64,000 nt of DNA from Felis catus (taxonomy: Eukaryota): positions 166,720,001-166,784,000 of the forward strand of contig NC_058368.1 in the NCBI RefSeq assembly GCF_018350175.1, written 5' to 3'. Of this stretch, positions 24,951 to 38,029 are shown one piece after another. Made by a program: the position numbers and the translations under genes. How positions within the stretch are numbered: the first letter of the stretch is position 1; every line of letters starts with the position of its first letter. The notes beneath the pieces were generated by a model. It did not search any database, was not told the origin of the DNA, and worked only from the letters and a program-made list of their open reading frames with translations.

Positions 24951-26466
24951 CTAAACAGATACAAACAAAAAATATTTTCAAAGGAAATTGTTAGGCTTAA
25001 ACTTCAGAATATAATAAACATGGTATTGTGAAAAAACAAAAGCAAGTTTAAAAATTAGAAACAGAAAGTAGATATAACTTGTAGATAAAATAAAATTGGA
25101 ACATTATTTGTAGCATAACTGCATTTATACATATAATGTGATAACTTCATAAAATAGCTATCTGCAAGTTCAACATAAACTCTTCATATCCTTAAAAGAT
25201 AAAAATTCCATAATAAATTAATACAATGGCTTTTCAATTCTGTTGGACAAAATCTAATATTTTATCCTCTAAATAAATTGTATATTGAATCCAGGAGAAA
25301 TATGGTAATTTACTATAATGAAATCCATGGTATAGTGAGATTTTGTTATTGATTTTACAGTTTACCTGTTAACTAGTATCGACCATTTGATAATTTGGAA
25401 ATTCTCTCATAAGATATAAATCTATAAATATTTTTAAAAGATACAAACTTCAGCAATCTTATATGTTGAAGCTAAAATACAATTTATTGTTTTCTACATC
25501 AGTAAAATTACTTCGTGGATAATTCTATTAAGTAATTATCTTCTGGTGAAGGACAAAATTGAATCATATCACAGATGAGTATCATTTTTCATGTTATCAA
25601 ACTTATAATCAAGAGTTAAAACAATTGAGTTGTTTTGCTAATCTCTTATTTGGTAGATTGGGGATTAACTTTGCAAGTAGTTCTTTAATAATGAATCAAC
25701 ACAGCTGCATTTTTTCACAGTCTAGAGACAGAGGGTGTAACACACACAAAAAAAACTCATCAATTGTTCTTATTATTAGTAGTTTTATTTGTTTTAGCAT
25801 TTTATTGAATTTTCAAACAATAATTGTATAACAAAGGATCAAACCAAGCAAATCCCATATTGCCATTTAGCTACAATACACACTTAATTACAAATAATCA
25901 GCATACTCGTCAAACAACACTTCTAAGTGTTTCGATTATTTATTACTACCATAAAGCCCTTCGTTAAGCATGGAAAGAAGGAGTAACAGTCAACTCTGTC
26001 CAAGACAACACAGAGAAAAATGACTATAATGTTTAATTTATAATAAGAATTTTTCCAATAAAGTAGTTTAAGTTATTTATTACTTTTAGTCATATATTTA
26101 TTTGGTTAATCCATTATTGCTCACCTAATTTTGCCTTGACTCACAAGACTACCAAATAAAAAGGAGCATTTGAGAAGCAGTTAAAGTATCATATTTCACT
26201 CTTACATATAACTTCTTATTTGAAAGAAATATCACCTTAGCAAAATGTTATTGGCAGGAAATTTTTTGGCACACTGTATAAATCCTTTGATCTGAAGTTT
26301 ATCATTAATACAATTACCATTTTTTTGATACCTAAGCTTAATAAATTATTCAAGCTTCCAAAGTTTTTAAAATAAACTTAAAGAAAACATTAGAAGGAAC
26401 ATATTTTTTAAAGTTCTAGTGTATATCATTTTGGTAACATAAGATGTCTCCTTTAATAACGTACAG

Positions 26467-26680
26467 GAGGAGCCTGGGTGGCTCAGTTGGTTAAGGGCCC
26501 AACTTCGGCTCAGGTCATGATCTCGCGGTTTGTGAGTTCTAGCCCCGCATCAGGCTCTGTGCCGACAGCTCAGAGCCTGGAGCCTGCTTCGGATTCTGTG
26601 CCTTGTTCTCTCTCTGCCCCTCCCCTGCTCATGCTCTGTCTCTCTTTGTCTCAAAAATAAATAAAACATTTTAAAAATTA
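26467..26680 (+). mobile_element. Can-SINE
   Basis: Typical head, body, CT tract and tail; degenerate TSD taata..gtacag. Confidence 0.92.
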
Positions 26681-26713
26681 ATAATATTGTACAGAAAAAT
26701 AGCAGGGTCATTT

Positions 26714-26896
26714 TTTTGAGGGGGGAGAGACAGAAGTGGTGCTCACCTGAAGCAGGACTCATGTTTTAGCTGAAGTGGGGCTCATACTCACCAGATGTGG
26801 GGCTCAAGGTCACCCAAAGCAGGGCTCAAGCTCACAAATCATGAGATCATGACCTGAGATGAAGTCAGATGCTTAGACTGAGCCACCCAGGCACCC
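26714..26896 (-). mobile_element. Can-SINE variant with internally repeated ggggctca..ctcac units
   Basis: ctgagccacccaggcaccc head on the minus strand; TSD agcag(g/t)gtcattt at 26701 and 26897. Confidence 0.85.
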
Positions 26897-27104
26897 AGCA
26901 GTGTCATTTCCAATGGGAAACTGAGTCCCATATTATTCTGTGCAGCAGTGATGACAACTCGTAAATAATATTAAGTATCTACACATATTCATCACTTGAA
27001 GATTGAACATAGAAGTTGGTCAAAATTTTAGTAATGATATACTGTATGGTCATCAATCATGTTGGCATTCAGAAGTAGAAACAATATTTGAAATGTAATA
27101 CCTC

Positions 27105-27341
27105 ATCAAGACATTATGGTACTGGCACAAAAACAGGAACAGAGATCAATAGAACAGAAAACTCAGGGGATACCTGAGTAGCTCAGGTGGTTAAGCATCA
27201 AATCTTAGTTTTGGCCCAGGTTATAATTTCATGGTTTGTGAGATCAAGTCCCTCATCAGGTTCCACACTCACAGCATGGAGCCTGCTTGGGATTCTCTTT
27301 CTCCCTTTATCTCTGCTCCTGCTCTGCTTTCACATGTTCTC

Positions 27342-27389
<48 letters not shown>

Positions 27390-27391
27390 AA

Positions 27392-27430
<39 letters not shown>

Positions 27431-28393
27431 GCAAGCAAGCTTAAAAATAAAAAAAAAAATAGAAAACCCAGAAATGGAACCACAGCTTCATAGTTAACTA
27501 ATCTTTGACAAAGCAGGAAAGAATATCTAATGGGAAAAGACAGTCTCTTCAACAAATGGTATTGAGAAAACTGGACAGCAACATGAAAAACAATTAAACT
27601 GGACCACCTTCATACACATACACAAAAATAAACTCAAAATGGATGAAAGACCTAAATGTGAGACCAAAAATCATCAAAATCCTAAAAGAGAACACAACTT
27701 CTTTGACATTGGACGTAACAATTCTTACTAGACATGTCTCCAGAGGCAAGGGAAACAAAAGCAAAAATGAACTATTGGGACTTCATCAAGATAAAAATCT
27801 TCTGCATAGTGAAGGAAATAATTGACAAAAGTAAAAGGCAACCTTCAGAATGGGAGAAGATATTTGCAAATGACATATCTGATAAAGGGTTAGTATCCAA
27901 AATCAATACTGAACTTATCAAACTCAACACCCCCAAACAACCTAGTTAAGAAATGGGAAGGAGACGTGTATAGATATTTTCCCAATGAAGAAATGAAGAC
28001 ATCCACGTGGCTAACACATGAAAAAATACTCAACATCACTGGTCAATCGGAAAATACAAATCAAAACCACAGTGATATATCACATGACACCTGTCAGAAT
28101 GGCTAAAATTAACCACACAGGAAACAACAGATGTTGGCGAGGATTCAGAGAAAGGGGAACCCTCTTACACTGTTGGTGGGAATGCAAACTGGTGCAGACA
28201 CTCTGGACAACAGTATGGAGATTTCTCAAAATGGTAAAAATAGAACTATCCTATGATCCAAAGGATACAAAAATACTGTTTGGAAGGGATACATCCACTT
28301 TGATGTTTATAGCAACATTATCAACAATAGCCAAATTCTGGAAAGATCCCAAATGTCCATGAACTGTTTAATGGATAAAGATGTGGTGTATAC

Positions 28394-28462
<69 letters not shown>

Positions 28463-28502
28463 GAATATTACTCAGGCACCAAAAATAATTAAATCTTGCC
28501 AT
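27105..28502 (+). mobile_element. L1 ORF2 3' segment without a poly-A tail, inverted relative to the adjoining L1
   Basis: ORFs 27643-27825, 27734-27949 and 28018-28362 match the ORF2 C-terminus; (TA)n at ~28390-28456. Confidence 0.9.
27167..27458 (+). mobile_element. Older Can-SINE with (CT)n and (AAAT)n expansions
   Basis: Degenerate head; TSD agaaaac(t/c)cag. Confidence 0.88.
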
Positions 28503-29456
28503 AGTTTTCACTTTATAGACATTTTTCCTCTTTGGTTAGGTTTAATCCTGGATATGGCTTTTGGCACAATTGTAAATGGGGTCAATTCCTTGATTTCTCT
28601 TTCTGCTGCTTCATTATTAGTATATAGATGCAACAGACTTCTGTACATTGATATTGCATCCTGCAACTTTACTGAATTCATGTATCCGTTCTGGCACTTA
28701 TGGATGGAGTCTTCAGGTTTTCTACATAGAGTATCATGGCATCTGCAAATGAGTTTGGAAGTTTTCCTTCCATTTCTTTTTTTGAACAATTTGAAAAGAA
28801 TAGGCATTAACTCTTTAAATATCTGGTAAAATTCCCCTGGGAAGCCATCTGGCCCTGTACTTTTATTTATTTAGAGATTTTTTTTATAACTGTTTAAATT
28901 TCTTTGCTGATTATGGGTCTGTTCAAATTTTCTATTTCTCCTGTTTCAGTTTTGGTAGTTTGTTTGTTTCACAAATTTATCCATTTCTTCCAGATTGCCT
29001 AGTTTGTTGGCATATAGTTTTTCATGATATTCTCTTATAATTGTATTTCTTTGGTGTTGGTTGTGATCTCTCCTGTTTTGTTCATGATTTTATTTATTTG
29101 AATCCTTTCTATTTTCTTTTTGATAAATCTAGCTAAGGGGTTATCAATTTTATTAATTCTTTCAAAGAACCATCTCTTAGTTTCATTGATCTCTTCTACT
29201 GTTTTTTGTTTGTTTCTTTGTTTCTATATCTTTTATTTTCTGTTCTCATTTTTATTATTTCCCTTCTTCTGGCTTTAGGCTTTATTTGCTGTTCCTTTTC
29301 TGGTTCCTTCAATTGTAAGATTAGGTTGTGTATTTGAGACCTCTCTTGCTTCTTGATGTGGGCCTTTATTGCAATATACTTCTCTCTTAAGATGCCTTTG
29401 CTGTATCCCAAAGGTTTTGCACTGTTGTGTTTTCATTTTCATTTGTTTCCATGTGC

Positions 29457-29660
29457 TTTAAAAAATTAATGTTTATTTATTTTTGAGAGAAAAAGAGATC
29501 AGAGGAGGGGCAGAGAGAGAGGGAGACGCAGAATCTGAAGCAGGCTCCAGGTTCTGAGCTGTCAACACAGAGCCCAATGTGGGGCTTAAACTCATGAACA
29601 GTGAGATCACGACCTGACCCAAAGTCTGACACTTAACTGACTGAGCCACCCAGGCACCCC
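29457..29660 (-). mobile_element. Can-SINE in L1
   Basis: Reverse-strand SINE; TSD tccatgt(g/a)ct. Confidence 0.9.
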
Positions 29661-29727
29661 ATCCATGTACTCTTTAATTTCATTTTTAATTTCCTGGTTA
29701 ACCCATTCATTCTTTAGTAGGATATTC

Positions 29728-29941
29728 TTTGTTTAATGTTTATTTGCTTATTTTGAGAGAGAGAGAGAGAGAACAGGGGGAGGGGGAGGGGCAGAGAGAG
29801 AGGGAGAGAGAGAATCTCAAGCAGGTTTTGCACTGTCAGCGTAGAGACTCACATGGGGCTGAATCCCACCAACCATGAGATCATGACCTGAGCCAAAATC
29901 AAGAGTTGGGCACTTAATTGACTGAGCCATCCGGATGCACC
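29728..29941 (-). mobile_element. Can-SINE in L1
   Basis: Reverse-strand SINE with (GA)n; degenerate TSD ggat(a/g)tt. Confidence 0.88.
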
Positions 29942-32600
29942 TTGTTGGATGTTATTTAACATCCATGTCTTTATGGTTTTTCCAAATTTTTTCTTGTGGT
30001 TGACTTCAAGTTTCATAGCATTGTGGTCTGAAAATATGCATGGTATGATCTCAATCTTTTTGTACTTGTTGAGAGCCGACTTGTGACCCAGTATATGATT
30101 TATTCTAGAGAATATTCCATGTGCACAGAGAATGAGTATTCTGCTGTTTTAGGATGGAATGTTCTGAATATATCTGTTAAGTCCATCCAGTCCTGTGTGT
30201 CCTTCAAAATCATTGTTTCCTTATTGATTTTCTCCTTAGATGCTCTGTCCATTGTTGTAAATGGGGTGTCAAAGTCCCCTACTATTATTGTATTTTTATC
30301 AATGAGTTTCTTTATGTTTGTTGTTAAGTGTTTTATATATTTGGGTTCTCTCAAGTTGGGAGCATAAATATTCACAATTGTTAGATCTTCTTGTATGATA
30401 GACCCCTTTATAGGCCCTTCTTTATCTCTTGTGTTTGGTTCAAGAATCTAGTTTATATGATAGAAGTATTGCTACTCCCACTTTCTTTTGATATCCTTTA
30501 ACATGATAAATGGTTGTCCATCCCCTGCTTTCAGTCTGCAAGGGGCTTAGGTGTACAATGAGTCTTTTGTAGTCAGCATATAAATGAATCTTTTTTTATT
30601 TAACCATTCTGACACCCTATGTCTTTAGATTGGAGTGTTTAGTCCATTTACATTCAGAGTAATTATTGATAGATATGACTTTAGTGTCACTTTGTTACTT
30701 GTTTTGTTGTTTCTGGAGTTTTTCTCTGTTCCTTTCCAGTCTTTGTGAATTTTGGCCTTTCTTGCATACTCAGAGAGACCCCCTGTAATATTTCTTGCAA
30801 AACTGGTTTAGTGGTCACAAACTCCTTTAGTTTTTGTTTGTCTAGGAAACTCTGTGTCTCTTTCTATTCTGAATGATAGACTTGCTGGATAGAGTATTCT
30901 TGGCTGCAGATTTTTCCCACACAGCACATTGACTGTATCATGCCACTACCTCTGGCTTGCCAAGTTTCTGTTAAGAAATCTGCAGCTACCTTTATGAGCT
31001 TTCCCTTATAAGTAAGGGCTTCCTTGTCTTGCAACGTTTGAGATTTTTTTTTGTCACTATATTTGGTAAATTTAATTATTATATGTCTTGCTATTGTTCT
31101 GCTTTTGTTGATTTTAACGGGAATTCTCTGACATCTGGATCTGGATGTCTGTTTCCTTCCCCACAGTAGGGAAGTTTCTGCTCTTGTTTCTTGAATTAAG
31201 TTTTCTGGCCCATTTTTTCTCTTCTTCTTCATCTTGGACTACTGTAATATGACTGATATTACAGTTGATGGAATTACTGAGTTCCCTGTCTATTCTCGTG
31301 TTGCATAATTCTCTCTTTTGATCAGCTTCATTATTTTCCAGTATTTTGTCCTCTCTGTCAGTAAGTCATTCCTCTGCTTCTTCCAGCCTGTGTTCATTGC
31401 ATCAAGCCTGCTTCCAATTTCCATTGCATCAAGCCTGCTTCCATCAAGCCTGAAGTAAGTGTTTCACTGCTGTCTTCTATTATTTTCTCAAGCCCAGTGA
31501 GTATCCTTATGATTGTTGCTTAAAATTCTCCATCAGTCATGTTGGAGACTGTTTATATCTGTTTTGCTTAGATCTTTGGCTCTGGCCTATCTTGTTCTTT
31601 CTTTTGGGTTAAATCCCTCCATCATGGTATTTTGTCTAAGTCTTTGCCTTCTTCTGTGTATTAGAAAAGCCAGTTATGTCTCTTGCTGCTGAAAGTAATG
31701 GCCTTACATAGAAAAGGGTGTGGCGCTTTAGGGAGTGTCTCCAGTATGTGCTACATGTGCTCTACTGTTGTGTTTTGGTTGCTCTATCTTTCAGACCAGT
31801 CATCTGCAGAGGCTTTTCTTCCCTGTTGTGGGAAGTGTTTGGTCTCTGGCCAATGTGGTGAATTTTCTGGGGGAAGGACCTGCCTTGCTGGGACTGAGTC
31901 ATGTTTGACTGAGAGGAGCAGTGCTGTCAGAGAGTAGGGGGGTGGGGTTTGTTGCAAGCAAGTTAGGCAGTCAGTGTCAGTGCCATTGTACTTCCCACAG
32001 GTGGCTCTGTGTGTATGTGAGGGGTGAGGGAGGGAATTGGTGCCAACCAACTCATTTGTTCACAGAGAAGTGTCTCCATGAATGCTGCCTCTCAGGGATA
32101 TGTTCTAGAAGAGCCAATAATCTCTGCTTTTTGTGCCCCAGGCATTTTTCAGAGAGCTATTTGCACACTGGCTACCTCCAGGTTGTTTGCCTTCTCTCCA
32201 GGCTCTAATCAAACGAAGTTTGCTGACCTTTAAAACTCCAGGCTTTAAGTCCCACTGGTTGCAAGAACTCATGAAATTCAGCGCCTTCATTTTCCAAGAC
32301 ACTGGCTTTGGGGACATGTTCTTGTGTCTTCCCCTGTGTACTCCTTTCTCTCTCACCTTTTTCCATGACCATGGCTCCGTTCTATCTGCAGCACCCATGA
32401 CCTGTTTCTCTCTTAAACCATGTCTCCCAACTTCCTATCTTCTTCAACATGGCCTCGTCTTTCCCTTTAGTTGTGGTTTGTTCTGTCAGTCTTCAGGTTA
32501 ATTTCTGGGGAGTTAGAATGGTTTGATAGTTATCTAGCTGTGTGTGTGGGAGAAGACAAACCTAGGGTCCTCCTATGCCATTGAATCTTCCTCTCCTCCC

Positions 32601-32686
32601 TGACAACATTTAACATAATAAAAACCACCAAGATGCAGGTCCAAGAAGCTCAAAGAACACCAAGCAAATTTATATTTGAAAATGAG

Positions 32687-32745
<59 letters not shown>

Positions 32746-33170
32746 AGAAAAAAAAGAAAAAAGAGAAAAAAGATCCATATATATATAAACCTCGGACCTA
32801 TCATATTCAAGGTTGTGAAAAACATAGGCGAAGAAACTGTCTTGAGGGCAGCCAGAGAAAAAAACACACATTACATAGAGAGGAGCAAAGAATTAGAGCA
32901 GACTTCTTACTAAAAGTAAGAAGTTTTTAAGCCAGATAGTGATAGAGTATTAAGATGAGAAGGCAATTGTCTACCCAGAATTCTATAAACTGTGAAAATA
33001 TTTTCAAAAATAAAGGAGAAATAAAAAGTTTTCAGGAGAAACAAAAACTGAGAGAACTCATTACCAGTAGATATGTACTGCAGGAAATATAAAAAGGACA
33101 TTCTTTAAGCAGAAGGAATAAATCAGAAAGTCAAATTTGCATGAAGGAACAAGCACTTCTAAAGGTGATA
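32601..33170 (+). mobile_element. Ancient L1 ORF1 fragment containing (GAAA)n at ~32686-32745
   Basis: caagaagctcaaagaacaccaagca, aattagagcagacttc and agaattctat motifs of the ORF1 3' half. Confidence 0.7.
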
Positions 33171-33329
33171 TAAATAAAGACTCAATAAACTAAATCAAAA
33201 CAAGCAACACTCATTTCAACACGACATAAATGAGTCTGTATACTTCACTGAATATTATATATTAAAAATGATAAGCAGTGGAATATGAGATATATCTAAT
33301 AGGATTTCAGAGTCTTCCCTACAATTCCT

Positions 33330-33385
33330 GGATGATAATGATGATGATGATTATGATAATGATAATGATGATGAAGATTATGATG
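33330..33385. repeat. (GAT)n imperfect trinucleotide repeat
   Basis: Read directly from sequence. Confidence 0.85.
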
Positions 33386-33590
33386 GTAACTATATGCAGG
33401 ACAAATCTTTAGGCACTTTACATATATTAAAGTCTTCACTATTCATACACATAATGAAGTAAGTGACATTTTTATCACCATTTGTACCAATGAGAAAACT
33501 AAGGACCAGCAAGATTAAATATGGGTCCAAGGTCACACAGCCTAGAATTACAGCATCTGTATCTACCACACACAATCAGCAGCCTCTTCT
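33386..33590 (-). mobile_element. MIR relic
   Basis: Minus strand tgtgtgaccttgga...cttagttttctcatt..tacaaatggtgataa matches the MIR core. Confidence 0.7.
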
Positions 33591-34286
33591 GTGATAATTT
33601 TAAATGAAGATATTTTTGAAGAAAATCCTCATGATATTCCATGGGACTTTTATTGATGATATGCTGCAGTAATAATAGCAGAATTGGCAATACTTTTAAT
33701 TAACAAATAAGTGCATTCTCCTTTTCATTATTGAGTTAGCAGATTTCCTTTTTGACTGTTATAATGATTTCAAAATCTAAGTTTTATGTGTGAGAAAAAA
33801 AGAAATTGTGATTTCTTCTAAAAGCAATGTGTTAATAAATGTCTATGAACCAAGTGCTTTTAGATATAAGCCATTCTCTATATTACTGCGTTGGATTTGT
33901 TCACCTTACAGTCTCTACAATACTGTTTACTAAAATATATTTAAAAGAAACATGTATTATAGGAATGAATGAATGTATTGTTACTATAGAATGGTGTTTA
34001 ATTATGGTTCTTTAATAGTCATGTTATTTAAATTACCAAATATTTACAAAAATAGTATGTTTAATTGGTTCATCATTCAATGTAAATTTGTTTACCTTAA
34101 GTATTAACAGCACCACCTTGAGGTGTCCAATATTTCAGAAATGTGATAATATGTTTGAATATAAATTATTTTTACTGTGGATGCAATGTAGCAGACATTT
34201 ACTAAGTGTAAATGTCACAGAGGTTAAAAACAAGTCCTTAAATTTGTATTACTTGCACTGCAGCATTGCTTACAGCAGCAAAAATA

Positions 34287-34339
34287 AGGAAGGAAGGAAG
34301 GAAGGAAGGAAGGAAGGAAGGAAGGAAGGAAGGAAGGAA
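34287..34339. repeat. (GGAA)n microsatellite
   Basis: Read directly from sequence. Confidence 0.95.
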
Positions 34340-34372
34340 GATCAATTAGTAAGAGATTTTATGAAATAAATT

Positions 34373-34730
34373 ACTGTATTAGTGCAGTTTACTATCTATT
34401 TCTGGTTCCTCACTGTCTAGGATCATGGTAGGAATGAAATTCCCTTGGCCCATGAAGTTTGGCATCACCATAAATTTGAACATATATTACCTGGGTTACT
34501 TCTGGACTGAAATCTTAAGAATTTAGGTGTGTTAAACCATGTTGTCTCTGTACTGACTCTCAAAAGGCTTCAGATGGTGGTGGTTTGGTCAGTTGGGGTC
34601 CAAAAGAGAAGAAGATAGAAAACAGAGCCTACAAGAAACCTGTAATAAACATGTATTATGAAATATAAAGAAATCTTTTTTGTTTAAACCAAAAAGATTA
34701 TGGAATTCTTTCTTAATGATTATTACCCTA
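34373..34730 (+). mobile_element. MLT1-like (ERVL-MaLR) solo LTR relic
   Basis: Starts with tgt; 3' aaagaaatcttttttgtttaaacc..gattatggaatt motif is typical of MLT1. Confidence 0.5.
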
Positions 34731-34825
34731 TGTAGACATATATTTTATAATCATAAACATTTAAAAGCATAAGTTTCCCCTATATATCAAATTGAATTAA
34801 AAGTATAAAGTTTGTCTATGTGTTG

Positions 34826-34924
34826 AATATATATATATATTCATTCCATATATATATATATTCATTCCAAATATATATATTTATATATATTCATTCCAAA
34901 TATATATATTTATATATATTCATT

Positions 34925-34958
<34 letters not shown>
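34826..34958. repeat. Compound (TA)n with a repeated ttcattcca unit
   Basis: Four tatatatattcattcca units followed by pure (TA)n. Confidence 0.9.
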
Positions 34959-34960
<2 letters not shown>

Positions 34961-35389
34961 AAAAATCTGAGCTATATTTGTGACTGAAGAGGTTGGATAA
35001 TGCAACAGTATTACAGACTAGTGTATAGTGACAGAGAGAAGTCAGGGTAGATAAAAATGGTGTCTTTGCTATTAAGGAAAAATATTTTCTGATAAACAAT
35101 GTAGTAAAGCTGCAAATCACTGCCTTAGAGCCACATAGCTTGGATTAGAAAAAGTACTTAGTGATATTATTCAAATCTGCTAAATCTAATTGCCAAGTTT
35201 CTCATAGAATACCCTGGGAGACTGAATAAATGTTAAATAATTATTCCTTACAATAAAGGGTGTCCTTGAATATACACAATTATGGAAATGAGGCAAAATG
35301 TTGGGTATTCAATATTTTTGAGACTAAGAAAGGACATAAAGTACTAATAAGCATCAGTATTTTTTACATCATGTTCAAAACGCTAACTT

Positions 35390-35596
35390 AAAATTTTTTT
35401 AAGTTTATTTATTTAGTTAGAGCAAGAGCACAAGCTAGGGGAAGGGCAGAGAGAGGAAGAGAGAACGAATCCCAAGCAAGCCCTGTACTGCCAGTGTAGA
35501 GCCTGATGAAGGGCCTGAACTCATGAACTGTGAGATCATGACCTTAACTGAAATCTAAAGGCAGACACTTAACCAACTGAGCTACCCAGGCATCCC
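35390..35596 (-). mobile_element. Can-SINE
   Basis: TSD caaaac(g/a)ctaactt at 35376-35389 and 35597-35610. Confidence 0.9.
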
Positions 35597-35851
35597 CAAA
35601 ACACTAACTTTAAAAGTTCAGATTTGATTTCCTATTTTTCTATATAACAGTTTTTGATGTTTTCTTATGTTTTTAAACAGGTTTTTCATATCTGTACTAA
35701 GTATTTATAGAGAAAAACTCCCAGCTTAAAACAATTATTATATATTTTAAATCTCTTTTAAAAAAATGATTACCAATATTTAAGCTTTATAAATATAAAT
35801 TTCTAAACAATTCACAAAGCAAAATGTTTGAAATAATATTTGATATCTTAC

Positions 35852-35920
35852 CTCCGGAAAGAACCTGTTATTTTATCTCGCAAAAATGTACATAGGGCAG
35901 CACCACGATAAAGTGCAAAA
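35852..35920 (-). other. Candidate internal coding exon (69 bp, phase 2-2): FALYRGAALCTFLRDKITGSFR
   Basis: Acceptor ccattctttcag|, donor GAG|GTAAGA; length is a multiple of 3; only one open frame; 3 CpGs in 69 bp within AT-rich unique DNA; protein not recognised. Confidence 0.5.
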
Positions 35921-36206
35921 CTGAAAGAATGGCTTTGGATTTCTTTTTTGTTTTTTGTTTTTTGTTTTTTTAATATAAAGGAAAATTTAATTTAATCATG
36001 GGAATTCAATTGATGTTGGTTAAAATATTTATTATCTATACATTAAAATATTTAATGTATTCTGAAAAGAACAAAATTTGTTGTAATATGTTATTGATAA
36101 TTACGACTGCAGTATAATGCTTATTTGGAAATATTCAGATTTGTTTTAGTACTACCTTAAAATAAGTTATTATAATAATATTGGTTCTGTTTCCCAATGA
36201 TCAATT

Positions 36207-36210
36207 CTAT

Positions 36211-36245
<35 letters not shown>

Positions 36246-36248
36246 TTT
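36207..36248. repeat. (TTTA)n
   Basis: Read directly from sequence. Confidence 0.95.
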
Positions 36249-37139
36249 GCAAAACGTATTTCACATGTATTGTACATACACCTAAAGATGGGCAGGCAAA
36301 AAGATTTTTTCTTGGTTGAGTGTAAAAACTTCCCACAGAAGTACATCTCATGGGAAAACATCCTCTAAAAGAAAGCCAAACAAGGTCAGATTTCTTTACT
36401 CATGCACAAAGCTAAATTGAAAGGCTAACCTGTCAGCAAATATTTAACTGCAATGAATTCCATGCCTACCTCTGGTACCTTAGTTGGAAATTCTATATAG
36501 TTCATCTAGAAGATATTCCACCTAGTAATCTTATAGCAACATTTCATTAAAATTTGGTACTTTATCTTTTCATTAAAGATTCATCATTATGAGCATAAAC
36601 TTCTTCAGAATACTCTTCTTATAAAGCAAAATGGAAAGAAATTTGGCTTTAAGAATAGAAATTTTACATTGATAAGAAAATATCTATTAGCTATAGATAA
36701 AATAAAAATAGTCATGTTTTACCACCAAATAATGAAATACCACCATGAAAACCCATGAAACATAATAAGGATAATAAAAAGAAGTGCTCATAAAGAGAAT
36801 CTTCATCAGCATTAGAGTAATGGCATCTAAGCAAATCTAAGCTTAATATCATAGTGATGAAAATAAAGAAGAAAATTACAATGAAGATTTTCTATCATTC
36901 AGGTCATATAAAAATGAAAATAACAGTGTGGATTGTTGTTATATTAAAGGAAGCAAGTCTCAAGTCTCTGCCAAGACTTCTAGAATGCAAGAAGGAGACA
37001 AGGGTTCATGCAGTTTCTGCTTACCAGCTAGTCAGATGATTATCCAGCCAGCATCAGGTAGTTAAGTTATACTGATGCCAAATGAAAATGCTGAAGAATA
37101 ATGCTAAGGAGTCCACCTGGGCCACAGGCAAATTTTCAT

Positions 37140-37300
37140 TCATCTCTTCATGCATGCATTCCTTCAGCACGGATTCATTATTTATCTTGTATATGATAGA
37201 TACTGTCTTAGATATTGCAGATATCAAGAAGAACGAAACAATGTCCTATGCTCTCCAAGGACTAAATCTAGTAGAGGAACACAAACAGCTGAACTGATGC
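37140..37300 (-). mobile_element. L2 3' end relic
   Basis: cattccttcagcac...gatactgtcttagatattgcagatatc...tatgctctccaaggactaaatctagt. Confidence 0.55.
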
Positions 37301-37749
37301 AGCAGAGCATTGGAGGTACTCACAGAGAACCTTGAAGTCAGTTCTGCCTTAAACTTAAATAATTTCTTGAAAAGTTCCCCCACAATTCAGCAGAATGTTT
37401 TTTTTCTGCATCCCAAGGACCCTTGTTACATATTTAGATATAATCTGAGAGATGATACTAATAATTAAATTATCCAAATATACATAATTAAATGACAAGT
37501 TGAGTGGCATACAGAAAATTTCCTGAAGAAATATATAGAAAGGGGGAAATAACTGAGGACTGGAGTACTAAGATATCAAGTCAGAGGCGAGACAGAATTA
37601 AAGACAGAGATGGGAAAAGATCAGTGGTTTAATATACACCTACATTGGATTTATACTGTATCTAGACGGTAGTTTTAATAGAAACCATTATGTTCTGTGG
37701 TGTATCTGCATCCTTGCAAAAGCTTTCTAATCATGTTCCATCAAATCTT

Positions 37750-37992
37750 ATTTTAAATGATTCTTCGATCAAAACTTGAAGAATTCATTATTATTTTTCT
37801 TGTTATTGGTTCTTTTTACTCCGTTTTTTACTGTTGGCCACATTTTTATTAGATCCTTTAAATATTTATCTCAGTTACTCTAAAGTTCTTGTCTGATTGT
37901 TTTAATATCTAGGCCTCTCTAATAAATCTTACTATTTCTAATTCTTTATTCCTTCACATTGGGGTGTGGGTGGTGCGTGTGTGTGTGTGCGT

Positions 37993-38029
<37 letters not shown>

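Larger units (their letters stand above)
28501..32600 (-). mobile_element. Older carnivore L1: 5'UTR, ORF1 and part of ORF2, with internal deletions
   Basis: 5' end gggaggagaggaagat at ~32600; ORF1 fragment 30864-31232; EN fragment 30100-30375 (GDFD); ~570-bp deletion at ~28750. Confidence 0.9.
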
